From: Candidatus Latescibacterota bacterium
GTDB lineage: Bacteria > Latescibacterota > UBA2968 > UBA8231
Direction of reading: 5' to 3'
Length of the DNA: 64,000 nt
Assembly (NCBI GenBank): GCA_965242865.1
Contig: CBDETK010000013.1
Location: forward strand, 3,104,001-3,168,000
The first letter of the stretch is position 1. The number at the start of each line of letters is the position of its first letter. Positions 12,634-22,666 of the stretch are shown here, piece by piece. Under the pieces are notes generated by a model. That model worked only from the letters and a program-made list of their open reading frames with translations, did not search any database and had not been told where the DNA came from. A program made the translations under genes and the position numbers.

Positions 12634-13384
12634 ATTGCCACAATCTATAGAGCAAGGGGTCGCGGAACTGCCCATCCTCTTGAACGGCGTAGTGCAACCC
12701 CGGCCTCTGGGATCTACGCCCTGCGTCCAAGAGCGCGATGGACTGCCCCTTGAGCACGTAGTCCCCCACCTTGACGAGCAGGCGAGCGTTGTACCCGTAG
12801 TGGGTCAACAGACCATTGCCGTGGTCGAGAATCACCACGTAGCCGAGGTCCTTGTCGTAGCTCGCTTGCAGCACTTGACCAGCGGCACTAGCCCGTACCA
12901 AGCTGCCCGCGGCCCCAGCAATAACAACCGAGGGGGCGGCCTCGCTAAAGGGCCTAATCACTGGCCCGCGCAACGGCCACAAGGTGGGGACGGTATGCAC
13001 TTGCCCCCAACTCAGCCGCTGCATGGAGGAGATGTAAGGGGGATCCTCGCGGCGCGGCGCGGCCTCCTCGTCTAATGTCCCGGGCTTGCCCAAGATGGCG
13101 CGTAGTTGGTCGTTGCCGCGCTTGAGCCGAACCAGCATTTTTTCGAGCCGGTCGATCTGCCCTACTTGCTCCTCGAGCAGGGCATTGTCTTGCTCTAGGC
13201 GTGCTGCCTTCTGCGCTATCCCGCGCATGTCGAGATAGGAACTAAGCCCAAAGGACAAGAGCACGAGCAAGGCGATGCTGCCCAACCCCAGCAACCACAC
13301 GAGTACGCCGGCGAGCTTAAACTCAAAGGTCTTGCGGCCCTTTTCCGGGACGACGATCAAGGTAATGTTGTTGCGCTTGAACAT
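12632..13384 (-). CDS. M23/LytM-domain membrane protein, probably catalytically degenerate
   Basis: TM helix, coiled coil, then WPLRG...HGNGLLTHYG...VKVGDYV.KGQ.IA; the HxxxD and first HxH zinc ligands are replaced. Confidence 0.8.
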   Translation of the reverse strand: MFKRNNITLIVVPEKGRKTFEFKLAGVLVWLLGLGSIALLVLLSFGLSSYLDMRGIAQKAARLEQDNALLEEQVGQIDRLEKMLVRLKRGNDQLRAILGKPGTLDEEAAPRREDPPYISSMQRLSWGQVHTVPTLWPLRGPVIRPFSEAAPSVVIAGAAGSLVRASAAGQVLQASYDKDLGYVVILDHGNGLLTHYGYNARLLVKVGDYVLKGQSIALLDAGRRSQRPGLHYAVQEDGQFRDPLLYRLWQ

Positions 13385-13467
13385 GGGTTAATACCAGTCC
13401 GTTTCTTTTCTTACATTTATTCGACGCCTAAGCTGCGCTTCTTCCCTAAAAAAACAACCGATCGCCC

Positions 13468-15777
13468 TTGTCGCCATTCCGCCTCTTGCCCTTAGCACTG
13501 TGCATGCTCGTGCCGTTCAGCAGCCCCATTTGCGCCGAACGCCTAGTGATGAGTTCGGCGGATATCTGGGAACACTGGGTCTATCCTCCCGGTGCCCTGC
13601 GCCTAGACCAAGCAGGCTCGTTGCGGCCGGTGCGAATCGGCAAAGACATTGACCCGCTCGCCGAGGCCGCCATTCGCGGGGTCGGCGTGGCGCGATCCAC
13701 GGCTGCCCACGCCTTTGACGGCGACCTCGCCACTCGCTGGACGCCACCGCCGGGCACGGCCCCAAAAGACTGGTGGATCGAGATCGACTTGGGGCAGGTG
13801 TTTCCCGTCCAGCAGATTCGCTTGCGCTTCGCCCGCGATGCGCCGCCCCTGCCCTTTTTTGATGTTTCGCTCTCCAAGGGCGAGCGCTTTATCAACAGCG
13901 CCAATGTGGTCGTCGAAGGGACCCTAATTTACAGCCACAGCCAGCGCTTCGCCTTCAACGAGCGGCGCGATGTGACGATCGACCTCAACGACGAACTCGT
14001 TCAAGTCCTCCGCTTAGAGGCCACCCGCGCAATGATCGGCGCGCCCGCGCTCGCCGAAATCCAAGTCAGGGCTTTTGGCGACAACATCGCCTTTGACTTG
14101 ATTGCCAAAGGCGGCACCGTTGACGTTGAAGCGGCCATCGTCGCCGTGGCCGGCATTCCTTCCGTCATGTTCGACGGCGACCTCTCGACCATGTGGCGCG
14201 TCAACCCCCTCGCCAAAGGCTCCAGCGGCGGCAGCGAGACCTTCGGCGACTACCGCATTGATCTGGGAGCGACCTATTGGATCGATTCGGTCTGGCTCTT
14301 GGGTGAGCCGTTGGGCATTCCGCCGCGGCTGCGGCCGTCCTACGCCAACTTCCTCTCCTATCAATTGCAGTACTCCGACGGTTCGCTGGCCCCCGACGGT
14401 TCGCTGGCTTGGCAAGCCTTGGCCGCCATTCCCCTCGACCCCCGCAACCTCTTCGAGGTGCGCAATTTTCGCCACCATGTCCCCCTAATCGCCGCCCGCT
14501 ACCTGCGGTTAATGTACCCCACGAGCCAAGGCGGCTACATCATCGGCGGCGGCCTGTCGGGCCGAGATTTCGACAACACCGGTCGCTTGGACGGGTTGGG
14601 CCTAGTCAGCGAGTTCCAAGTGTACGGTGAGGGGTATCCGGCCCTCGTCGTCCTTCGCTCGCCCGTTATCGACCTCGGCACCAATTGGAACATTACTGCG
14701 ATTGACTGGGAAATTGACGCGCCGCTCGGGGCTCAATTCGCCTTGCACAGCCGCACCGGCGACCACGTCGTCGAGGAGATGCGCTACTTCGACAAAAACG
14801 GCAAGGAAGTTTCCAAAAGGCGCTACGAAAAGCTGATCGCCTCGTTCCGCGGCCCCATCGAAACCACGCTCCAACCGAGCGAGGGCTGGAGCGTGTGGAG
14901 CGAGGAGTACCTCCACGCCGGCACCCGCTTCCGCTCGCCTTCGCCCCGGCGCTACGTCCAGCTCCAAGCCGAGCTGCGCGCCGACAACCCGCAGGCCGGC
15001 ATTGCCCTCGACGCGCTGAGCTTGAACTACTCCCGTCCTTTGGCGCGCACCGCCATCGGCGAAATCTACCCGACGCGAGTCGAGCCGGGGGAGCAAACCG
15101 ACTTTACGTACTTCCTCCGCCCAGAATTTGCCCGCGACAGCCAAGGCTTTGAGGCCATCGCCCTCGAAGCCTCGGTTCCCCTCGCGTTCCGCACCCTGCA
15201 AATCGACGGCGCGTCCGTCAACGCCGAAGTAAAAAAGACGCAGGCGGGCTTCCGCTTGCACTTGCCCGCCCCGGTCGCCGCGGCCGAGCGCGTAGAGTTG
15301 GGTTTTGCCGCGACCGTGTTTCAAAACAACACCCGCTTTCGCGCGTTCTTAGAGCGCGTAACCGGGCCTGACACCTTGCGTCAGCAGGTAGATCCGGGCG
15401 ACGTCGTCCCGGATCTAGAGGGCACTGGCGATGCCGTTGCCCTGCCCATCGACGAGGGCCTGCTCGCCCACCTCGCCATCGGCAGCGGGATTTTTACGCC
15501 CAACGGCGACGGCGTAAACGACGAGCTCGCCATCTCTTTTGACGTGCTCAAGGTCATCGACGCCCGCCCCATTGAAGCCCGCATCGTTGACCTGCGCGGT
15601 CGCCTCGTCCGCACCCTGCGAGACGCCCGCGGCGTGGCCGGTCACTACCAGCTAACGTGGGACGGCCGCCGGGACTCCGGTGCTATGGCCCAGCCCGGCC
15701 TCTACCTCCTCCGTTTGCGGGTCGCTGGCGACTCGCGTACCCGCACCCTCGTCCGCACCGTCGGCTTGAGCTACTGA
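13468..15777 (+). CDS. Secreted protein with discoidin-like domains and C-terminal FlgD/CHU_C-like domain
   Basis: Signal peptide, AFDGDLATRW...WIEIDLG and MFDGDLSTMW repeats, C-terminal IFTPNGDGVND...WDGR...PGLYL. Confidence 0.75.
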   Translation: MSPFRLLPLALCMLVPFSSPICAERLVMSSADIWEHWVYPPGALRLDQAGSLRPVRIGKDIDPLAEAAIRGVGVARSTAAHAFDGDLATRWTPPPGTAPKDWWIEIDLGQVFPVQQIRLRFARDAPPLPFFDVSLSKGERFINSANVVVEGTLIYSHSQRFAFNERRDVTIDLNDELVQVLRLEATRAMIGAPALAEIQVRAFGDNIAFDLIAKGGTVDVEAAIVAVAGIPSVMFDGDLSTMWRVNPLAKGSSGGSETFGDYRIDLGATYWIDSVWLLGEPLGIPPRLRPSYANFLSYQLQYSDGSLAPDGSLAWQALAAIPLDPRNLFEVRNFRHHVPLIAARYLRLMYPTSQGGYIIGGGLSGRDFDNTGRLDGLGLVSEFQVYGEGYPALVVLRSPVIDLGTNWNITAIDWEIDAPLGAQFALHSRTGDHVVEEMRYFDKNGKEVSKRRYEKLIASFRGPIETTLQPSEGWSVWSEEYLHAGTRFRSPSPRRYVQLQAELRADNPQAGIALDALSLNYSRPLARTAIGEIYPTRVEPGEQTDFTYFLRPEFARDSQGFEAIALEASVPLAFRTLQIDGASVNAEVKKTQAGFRLHLPAPVAAAERVELGFAATVFQNNTRFRAFLERVTGPDTLRQQVDPGDVVPDLEGTGDAVALPIDEGLLAHLAIGSGIFTPNGDGVNDELAISFDVLKVIDARPIEARIVDLRGRLVRTLRDARGVAGHYQLTWDGRRDSGAMAQPGLYLLRLRVAGDSRTRTLVRTVGLSY

Positions 15778-15802
15778 GCCGCTAATCACTGCTAGGCGAG
15801 CC

Positions 15803-15847
15803 AAAAACGACTACGGGCATTGCACCTAAGTAGCGCAATGCCCGTAG
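15803..15847 (-). terminator. Intrinsic terminator hairpin
   Basis: CTACGGGCATTGC / GCAATGCCCGTAG 13-bp stem followed by a T-run on the minus strand. Confidence 0.75.
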
Positions 15848-15871
15848 CATAGACCCGCCGCAGCGTTGTCT

Positions 15872-16456
15872 CTAGTTGAGGCTGCTTTTTAGCTGGCCCC
15901 AAGTGGTGTGCTCAACCGCCGTCGGCGCCTCGGCGGCCGGATAAAAGCCCGAGCCAATTATGAACTCTTGCCCCAAGACGTTGAGCGGAGCGGCATAGCC
16001 CACTTTAAGCGAGCCGCTTTCTTCGTCGCCATCTACGACCGGGTTGTCCCAAAGATACTCGACATAACCGCCCCCATCGGCGGCCGCACTGATGAGCTCT
16101 TGCAGGATTTTGACGCCGTTGGCATCCTCAAGGTCAATTAGGTCTTGGCCCTCGAGGCTTTGATCGGCACCGTGAAAGACGCCGACCCCGGCGGTGGTAA
16201 AAACGAAAAGATAGATCGGGCCTTCGTTCCACTCGCCTTCTGCCCTGAAGGTTTGAAAAGAACCCAGCGCCTCCGCAAGGGAGGTAAAGCCCTCCACCAC
16301 GGCCTTGGCTCTCAGGACAAACGCTTCCAAAGTAGCCCGATCGACCACGTCGCCAGCCGTTATCTCGTCGTCTTGGGCAAAGGCCGGTCCCGCGCTGCAA
16401 AACAGGACCGCCAGCCCTAACACGCACGCAAAACGCGCAATGCACTTGCTCTTCAT
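15872..16456 (-). CDS. Secreted stand-alone single Cache domain protein with TTWG-x-K C-terminal tail
   Basis: Signal peptide (AFA|Q), IYLFV...G.DLIDLEDANGVKILQELI...GGGYVEYLWDNP Cache_2 pattern, ends PTAVEHTTWGQLKSSLN. Confidence 0.8.
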   Translation of the reverse strand: MKSKCIARFACVLGLAVLFCSAGPAFAQDDEITAGDVVDRATLEAFVLRAKAVVEGFTSLAEALGSFQTFRAEGEWNEGPIYLFVFTTAGVGVFHGADQSLEGQDLIDLEDANGVKILQELISAAADGGGYVEYLWDNPVVDGDEESGSLKVGYAAPLNVLGQEFIIGSGFYPAAEAPTAVEHTTWGQLKSSLN

Positions 16457-16528
16457 AATGAACTTGCTCCTCTGCATGAGTTGTGGTTAAGAGACCAAGC
16501 GGCCTCGTGCGCCTTACTGCCCTTACTG

Positions 16529-17695
16529 TCAGAAGGTCGCGTTGGTTAATAGAAATGCAAAAGTCATGTTGCCCTTCAATCCGTTTACCGCTGCCATGGC
16601 GTCGTCGGAGACGACCTGCGACAGCCCCCCTACTACGGCGACGTTTGGCCGATACTGATAGGTCAGCGTCAAATCGACCTCCTCGCACAAGTGCTCGCCT
16701 TTTGCGGCAGTGAAAAACGAGTGCCCGTGGACGGCCAGCGAGGTGCGGGTGCCCAGCGGCACAGCCCCTTTGAGCGCGAAGTCCTGTAGGCCCAATCCGT
16801 TGGTGTGTACTGGGATATTGAGAAAGCGGTCGGCGAAACCGTAGAACTTGTGATTCGTGGCAAAGAGCGTGTCAAAGACCTTGGTTTCGCCATCGTATGG
16901 GTCGCTGTCGCCGGACAGGTAATCGTACCACAGGTCCAGTTTCAGCCGGCCAAAGGGGCGGCCGACTCGACCACCGAACATAAACGCCGCCACGTCCTCG
17001 CCGCGGCGCGTACCGGTCTGATACGAACCTTCCACGCGGTACGCGTAGGCCGCCCTCTGCCCGGCTAGACGCAAACCGAGCGTAACTCGGTCGGTAGTCG
17101 GGGCCCCTGCCTCTTTGTCGTAAAGCCCGAACATGTCCAAGTCCCCCAACGTCGCATAGATACCGGCTAAATAGGCGTCGTGGGAAAACTGCGCCGAACT
17201 CGCCTCGGCTAGCTGGATGGCCACCACATCCACCTTGCCCCAAGACGGCGCGAGCGACAAGCGCAGCCCGTCGAAAACCCGGCCTTGCTGGGTCCATTCA
17301 ACGGCGCCGATCAAGCGCTGGCCGCCGAGCGCAACGGCTTGCCGCCCGATCTTGAGCGCGTGGCGGCTGCCGCCGAGCTGCTTGAAGTGAATATAGGCTT
17401 GATGCAGGTCGAAGTTGTCGGCGCTGTAATCGGCCAAGGTGTTCTGCTCCTCGCCGAAGAAGCGCACGTCTTGGAGCTGGATCATCGCGTCCACATCGCC
17501 GGCGAGCGCAGCATCGAGCTGGGCGCGTACCCGCATTGAGGTAAAGGCTGCGGTGGCCTCGGTGCCGTCGCGCAACGGGTTGCGGAATTCGTAGCGCGGC
17601 CGGATTTGGCCGCTTAGGCTGATTTCCCTTTCGGCGTAGGCCCCGTCGCAAACGACATAAGTACATAGCAAGGTGAGATACAGCGTACAACGCAT
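16529..17695 (-). CDS. Alginate export family outer-membrane beta-barrel
   Basis: GQIRPRYE, IQLQDVRFFG, DLHQAY, KIGRQ..LGGQRLIG..W.Q.GR.FDG, NHKFYG, C-terminal Phe; AAGGAGG RBS before ATG 17695. Confidence 0.8.
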   Translation of the reverse strand: MRCTLYLTLLCTYVVCDGAYAEREISLSGQIRPRYEFRNPLRDGTEATAAFTSMRVRAQLDAALAGDVDAMIQLQDVRFFGEEQNTLADYSADNFDLHQAYIHFKQLGGSRHALKIGRQAVALGGQRLIGAVEWTQQGRVFDGLRLSLAPSWGKVDVVAIQLAEASSAQFSHDAYLAGIYATLGDLDMFGLYDKEAGAPTTDRVTLGLRLAGQRAAYAYRVEGSYQTGTRRGEDVAAFMFGGRVGRPFGRLKLDLWYDYLSGDSDPYDGETKVFDTLFATNHKFYGFADRFLNIPVHTNGLGLQDFALKGAVPLGTRTSLAVHGHSFFTAAKGEHLCEEVDLTLTYQYRPNVAVVGGLSQVVSDDAMAAVNGLKGNMTFAFLLTNATF

Positions 17696-17788
17696 GTCGT
17701 GCCTCCTTGATGAGCGCAAAGACATTTTAATATACGCAAATATACGCATTTATTGAGATAGCTCCACGTTCTAAAATGAAGCCCTCGC

Positions 17789-18106
17789 TTAGCGCAGCAA
17801 CCGCTCGCTAAATAGCGTCCGCGCCAAGGCGCGCACATCTCGCTCGCCAGCCGAATAGACCTGCCCTACCGACACCAGCACCACCTCGACCTCGCCAGAG
17901 CCTATCCGATAGACAATGCGGAACCAGCCGCCCGGCGGACGCAAGCAGCGATAGCCCTTTAACTCGCCGACCAAGGGCCAGCCCTGGTCCTCGGGATCGA
18001 TTGCCAGCCCTGTGACGTATTGATCCACCTGCTCGGCAATCCGCCGGTTGAGCAGACCTTGCAGCGACTCTGAGGCGCACTGGGCCAAGACGACGCGAAA
18101 TCTCAT
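17789..18106 (-). CDS. RelE/ParE-family type II toxin
   Basis: 105 aa, G.PLVGELKGYR...FRIVYRI...VVLVSVG; directly downstream of the antitoxin. Confidence 0.82.
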   Translation of the reverse strand: MRFRVVLAQCASESLQGLLNRRIAEQVDQYVTGLAIDPEDQGWPLVGELKGYRCLRPPGGWFRIVYRIGSGEVEVVLVSVGQVYSAGERDVRALARTLFSERLLR

Positions 18107-18135
18107 GGAAAACCCCTCCCTTCAGGGGCGGTGGA

Positions 18136-18393
18136 TTACTGGACCTCCCAATCGGTGCGCTCGCCCGCCTCGATCTGGCGAATACCCTCGCGCAGCGCAG
18201 CGCACTGGGCCTCGTCCCCGAGCACCTCTAAGGTTTCGACAATGCCTTGATAAAGCGACCACGGCATCAGCGCGAGCACCGGCTGGCCGCGGCGCGTTAC
18301 GGCGAGGGCACTTGCTTCGGGTTCGGCGGCGAAGCGGTCGGGCAATTGATTCAGGACTTTGCGGGCTTCGGCAATGGGCATGGATTGAAGCAT
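18136..18393 (-). CDS. Phd/YefM-family antitoxin
   Basis: MPIAEARKVL..L...AVTRRGQPVLALM....Y..IVETLEVL. Confidence 0.88.
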   Translation of the reverse strand: MLQSMPIAEARKVLNQLPDRFAAEPEASALAVTRRGQPVLALMPWSLYQGIVETLEVLGDEAQCAALREGIRQIEAGERTDWEVQ

Positions 18394-18403
18394 ATTTCCT
18401 CTT

Positions 18404-18435
18404 TTGTACCTTATATAGTACTAAATTAAGTACTC
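18404..18435. promoter_or_regulatory. Probable TA autorepression operator
   Basis: Three GTAC palindromic cores at 18406, 18418 and 18430 (exact 12-bp spacing) just upstream of the antitoxin, like the TGTACA cores of yefM-yoeB. Confidence 0.6.
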
Positions 18436-18623
18436 TAAGACGATGGTTTGGTTGGCTCATAATTGTAGGATTTTTCCATGAACCGGCGAGCGCGTGGAAT
18501 TTGCTAACGTATAACTCCCTAATAATACGCTACTTTTGCGAATCCTGAGAAAAGCACCTACTTGCTATGTACGTCTAAAGGTGCGAAAAAAGGTACTCCA
18601 GTTCTCTGCTCGCCGTGGGGGGC

Positions 18624-19190
18624 TCAGCGAGCATCAACAGGCTCTGTGCCGCCTTCGGAATCACCTCGCCCTAAGACTTGCAGGCTTACAAACTCAATAA
18701 TCTGCGGCAGTGTCATAGCACCAATGCGTCGGGCCTCGCGCAACAAGAGCAGTGCGGCGACGGTCGCTTGGATGATCACTTCTTGAAGCCTGCTAGCAAG
18801 GTACGCACAGCAATCCCCGTAGTGGGCGACGCAGGTTGGAGTTCCGCGCCCACACGCTTCCTTGAACCAACGATGAACAAAGGCATACGTTTTCTGATCT
18901 CTCGTGCTTTTTGTATCGAGGTTGTGGGCCACATAGGTTCGCAGACGAGACACTTCCTTGCGGAACGAATTGTCCGCCTTCAAGGGCGGCAGGTCGGTGA
19001 GAAACGCAAGCGGGATCTTTGCTGCCTCTTGGACGAGAACATAACCCCAATTGACTAGCCGATAGAACGCCAACTCATCGCCGAAGTCGGATGGCAACGG
19101 CAGCGAGATTTCGGCGCAACTGTTCGGACAGTGGACGGCAACGCGAGTGCGAAGTGTTTGATACAGGTTGCTGAGTTCGATCGGCGTCAT
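18624..19190 (-). CDS. Hypothetical protein with HEPN-like RxxxxH motif
   Basis: Helical protein with LRTYVAHN (18921-18944); ATGA overlap with the upstream NTPase gene. Confidence 0.55.
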   Translation of the reverse strand: MTPIELSNLYQTLRTRVAVHCPNSCAEISLPLPSDFGDELAFYRLVNWGYVLVQEAAKIPLAFLTDLPPLKADNSFRKEVSRLRTYVAHNLDTKSTRDQKTYAFVHRWFKEACGRGTPTCVAHYGDCCAYLASRLQEVIIQATVAALLLLREARRIGAMTLPQIIEFVSLQVLGRGDSEGGTEPVDAR

Positions 19191-22100
19191 CGTATGCGCC
19201 TCGGGCGTGAGAGCGGATCGGCAATGGGGCCAATATAGTTGAAGGCGATGCCAAACTCTCGCAGCTCTCGACCATGGGCGAGCTCAGCGTTTGGGAACTC
19301 GCGCGCCAGCAATGAGATGGGCTCCTCAATACCCTCTACTCGCACTTGCCAGTTGTTTTCTCTCCTCGCTTCGACGCGCCCCCGAAATTGACGCGGGGAA
19401 CCGTTCTCATCCGTTGCCAAAAGCCACCGCTCTACTCGCGCTCGATCCTCGTAATCTGTATCGCGCGACAGCGACCGCCATATCTCGATGGCGCGCTTCG
19501 TGTCTTTGAGTAGCCAGCATAACACCGCTTCGAGAAACCGCTCCCGGTTGCGGGCATCGCCCCCGGCTTGTTCGTTGAGATCACTTACGATTTTACGCAA
19601 CTCAAAAATCAGGTCCGTGTCCACGGGGGTGCATCCACGCTGATTGAACATCAGACGCTCGCCCGTTGCCTGCGCCCACCGCAACCTGAGCAAGAGCCGT
19701 TGGCAACGGTCATCCAACACAATTCCTTTCTTGACGCGACGGGATATGTAGTCTGCCGCTTGATCTGCGATCTTGCGAGCTTTGTCGTCGAAAGGCGGCT
19801 CGCCCATATACACTTGCTCCGCCTGCCGCTTTGCGATGAGAAAGGTTGCTGCCGCGGGCGCGATATTTTCCAATTCAGCAAGCGTCTCATCGCTCAGTTT
19901 CGCGTCGTCCATAGCGTCTGCAACACGGCTACGACGCTCGAGATACCTCGTTTTTTGATCTAAGGCGGCTAACCCCTCGTCCAAGTCACTGTCTTTTTGT
20001 AAATCATTCGGGATTCCAGCCTTCTTTCCTTTCACTCTGAAGACTTCATCGGCAACATCAATGGTTGCGTACAGGTCGGCCAAAACTTCCGCGCGTTGTG
20101 CATCGGACATTTCGTCCTTTTTTAGTTTGAGCACATCGCTCGCTGTCCAAAGGGCGATGTCAATGGGATGGGTGTTTCTGCCAAGCCCAATGGCTTTCTC
20201 GCTTGCCGTCCTTGCAGCGAGATAGTCCGACCAAAAGTCCTCGCCGCCACTAGACCGCGCACGCTCAATAGCGAGGTATCCGTATATCGCCGAACGTTCT
20301 GCAACAAGGCTTTGTTTAGTCTTTCTAGAGACTGAAATTATTTCTTCGTCAATTTGACGGAGCGTCTTTTCGACTGTAGCGCGAGCCTCATCCAAAATAG
20401 CCAATCGCTCGTCGTCGGTTCTATCATCGTAATCGCTTTGTGACCGGGAAACCGCCCTTCGCCGAAACACGCACTCGGGCAAAACGAGGTCTGGGTCGGA
20501 CATTTTGTTGTGCTCTCGCAACTTCTTGAGCGCGTCGGAAAACCGCAGATACCCAGAACGGTACGCCTCTTTGCGCGGTCCGTTCCGAATCATGAACAGC
20601 AAGTTGAGCAAGAACGAACGCTCGGCACTTTGATCCAATCCAAATCTGACGCTGCCGATCAAATCGATCAGTCGCTCAATTTCCTGCTCGGGAGTAAGTC
20701 TTCGCTTACATATAAGCTCTGCCTCGAGCTGTATGCGTGGCGAAATCAGAAAATCCGCTCCTTCTTGGTCATCTATCCAACGGAACAGATCAAGACCGGC
20801 GAGGAGGTAAGTGATTTGATCCAGATGCAGCCCCCTACCTGACCGAGCAGGCGAAAAATAACATTGACGGGCACTGCACAATCCAGCCGACCAGCTACCA
20901 TCACATAGTCAATTAGTTGTCCCGCTTCGTCCAAACCCAAAGCCGCGAGCTCTTCATCTTCCTCGAACAACGGCGAAGTTGAACTGGCAAGGCCCAACTC
21001 AATCAACTGTTCCGCTAAGGGAGATAGTCCAGTAGATGGTTGCGGCATATACTTTGCCCGTTCCCGCACCATACTTTCCGTAACTCTTGCCTCCGATGAC
21101 ACGCCTACGGCGAGGCGTTCGCGTGAGGCGGGCAACCTGCGGTATAGCATGGCAAAGATCGAGTCAGTGGTATAGGGTAGCGAGTGATCATAGCCGAATG
21201 TGTTCAGCAATTTCTCAAACGCGACCCGTTCATCCGGCGAAACACTAACGGGGGCCTCGACAAGTCGCTTTAACTCACCTTCGCTCTGTGCTTCCATCCG
21301 ATAGCAAGTTCCCACTATGAGCAACCTGCGGCCCCGACTTCGCAGCGCAGAGGCCAAATCGTCGTAGCGTTGCGGAGGTTGGCTGGCGTCGCAGACCAAG
21401 ACCGTCGCTTTCGCTCCCAAACGTTCGGCCTCCAAGCAGAATGCTTCAATGTCCATGGGATTCGGTATCCGATTCGTCGCGACCACAACGGGCAGGTGTA
21501 GTTCGCGACGAATCTTTCGGGTCAGCCGTGCGAGCGCGATGCTCTTTCCCGTGCCCGACTGCCCATGCAGGATAATCACATCGTCGGAATCGGCTTGTCC
21601 AAGTTGCTCCAACTCGTTGTTCACTGTCTGCCACAGGGTTTGCTCAAACTCGCGCTCTACTGCAAATCCACGCGCCACCCCCTCCACCAGCGATCTGAAA
21701 TTGCCAAGTGTGCCGTGAAAGCGGCGGAACGCATCGTCTATTTCGGAGCTGCTATAAGGCTCTGGCTCTTCCGTCCACCCATCATCGACAATAGCTGCCG
21801 ACGCTTCTACTCGGAGCCGTAGAGCCGGCGTAATGTCTAGCGCCGCTTCCTCGGCAAACGACACCATGCCCGGGTCGTCTGGAGCAGCGGACCCTGCAAT
21901 ATCGAGCACACCGCGGAGTTCAAGTTGGCTTATCGCGCTTGCAAGGGTCGTTTCGGTCACAATGAGCGAACGGTGCTGGATCATCGCGTCGGCGAGCCCC
22001 GATTCCCCTTTGCCGGAATAGCCGAACCATAGAACCTTGGGGCCTGCCTGATCGAATGGAGCCAATAACGAGTCCAGTTGCATCCAATCTTTGCTTGGGT

Positions 22101-22666
22101 CATAGCCCGCTATGATCACCAAGCCGTGTGCTGTCGCGGTTTCCGCAATGCGATTCAGCAATTCCGTCGCGTGTCGGCTAAGGCGGCGCGTCAGATCAAT
22201 TTGATTGCCGGGTGCTCGCGCATACTCAACGGTTTCATCGGATTTTCCCAAGAGATAGTGAATCGGCGGCCTTGAGCGACTACGCGGGACCTTCGCGTAG
22301 ATGTCTTTGGAAAGCACCGTTTCGGGCTGCCGTCCCCTAGTCTCGAAACGTCGCGCAAACCGGGGATCTATGGACGAGGTAAACACCGCACTCCATGCGA
22401 CATCGAAGTGTTCCCTCGGCCGCGGCCGAGGGAACACTTCGGTCAAACCGTTCAGAAAGCCACGCCATATCAGCCCCACTTATGCCCTGCTTGAGGGCTA
22501 CGCGCCATCCCGAATTGCGCTCTGTGCATCCAAAGCGATCGAGGAGGGAACCAAGTACGGCATCATGGGCCGAGTCGAGACTCTGGCCTGCGAACAACAC
22601 CAACGGCCGCTTCGCCTGAAGCGCGTCCGCGAGTATTTCAAGGGGATCCGTCGATGAACTTAGCAT
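19187..22666 (-). pseudogene. Large SIR2-like / P-loop NTPase / helical repeat / OB-like protein split by two frameshifts
   Basis: Three overlapping ORFs (22337-22666, 20773-22479, 19187-20881) join into one ~1160-aa protein; Walker A ILHGQSGTGKS, Walker B VLVCD; breaks near 22420 and 20833. Confidence 0.72.
22404..22441. repeat. Perfect 38-bp palindrome
   Basis: CGAAGTGTTCCCTCGGCCGCGGCCGAGGGAACACTTCG equals its own reverse complement. Confidence 0.95.

Noticed and set aside
18440-18620. tRNA or att site at the defence-island edge
   Set aside because: No cloverleaf, integrase or flanking direct repeat could be identified by eye.
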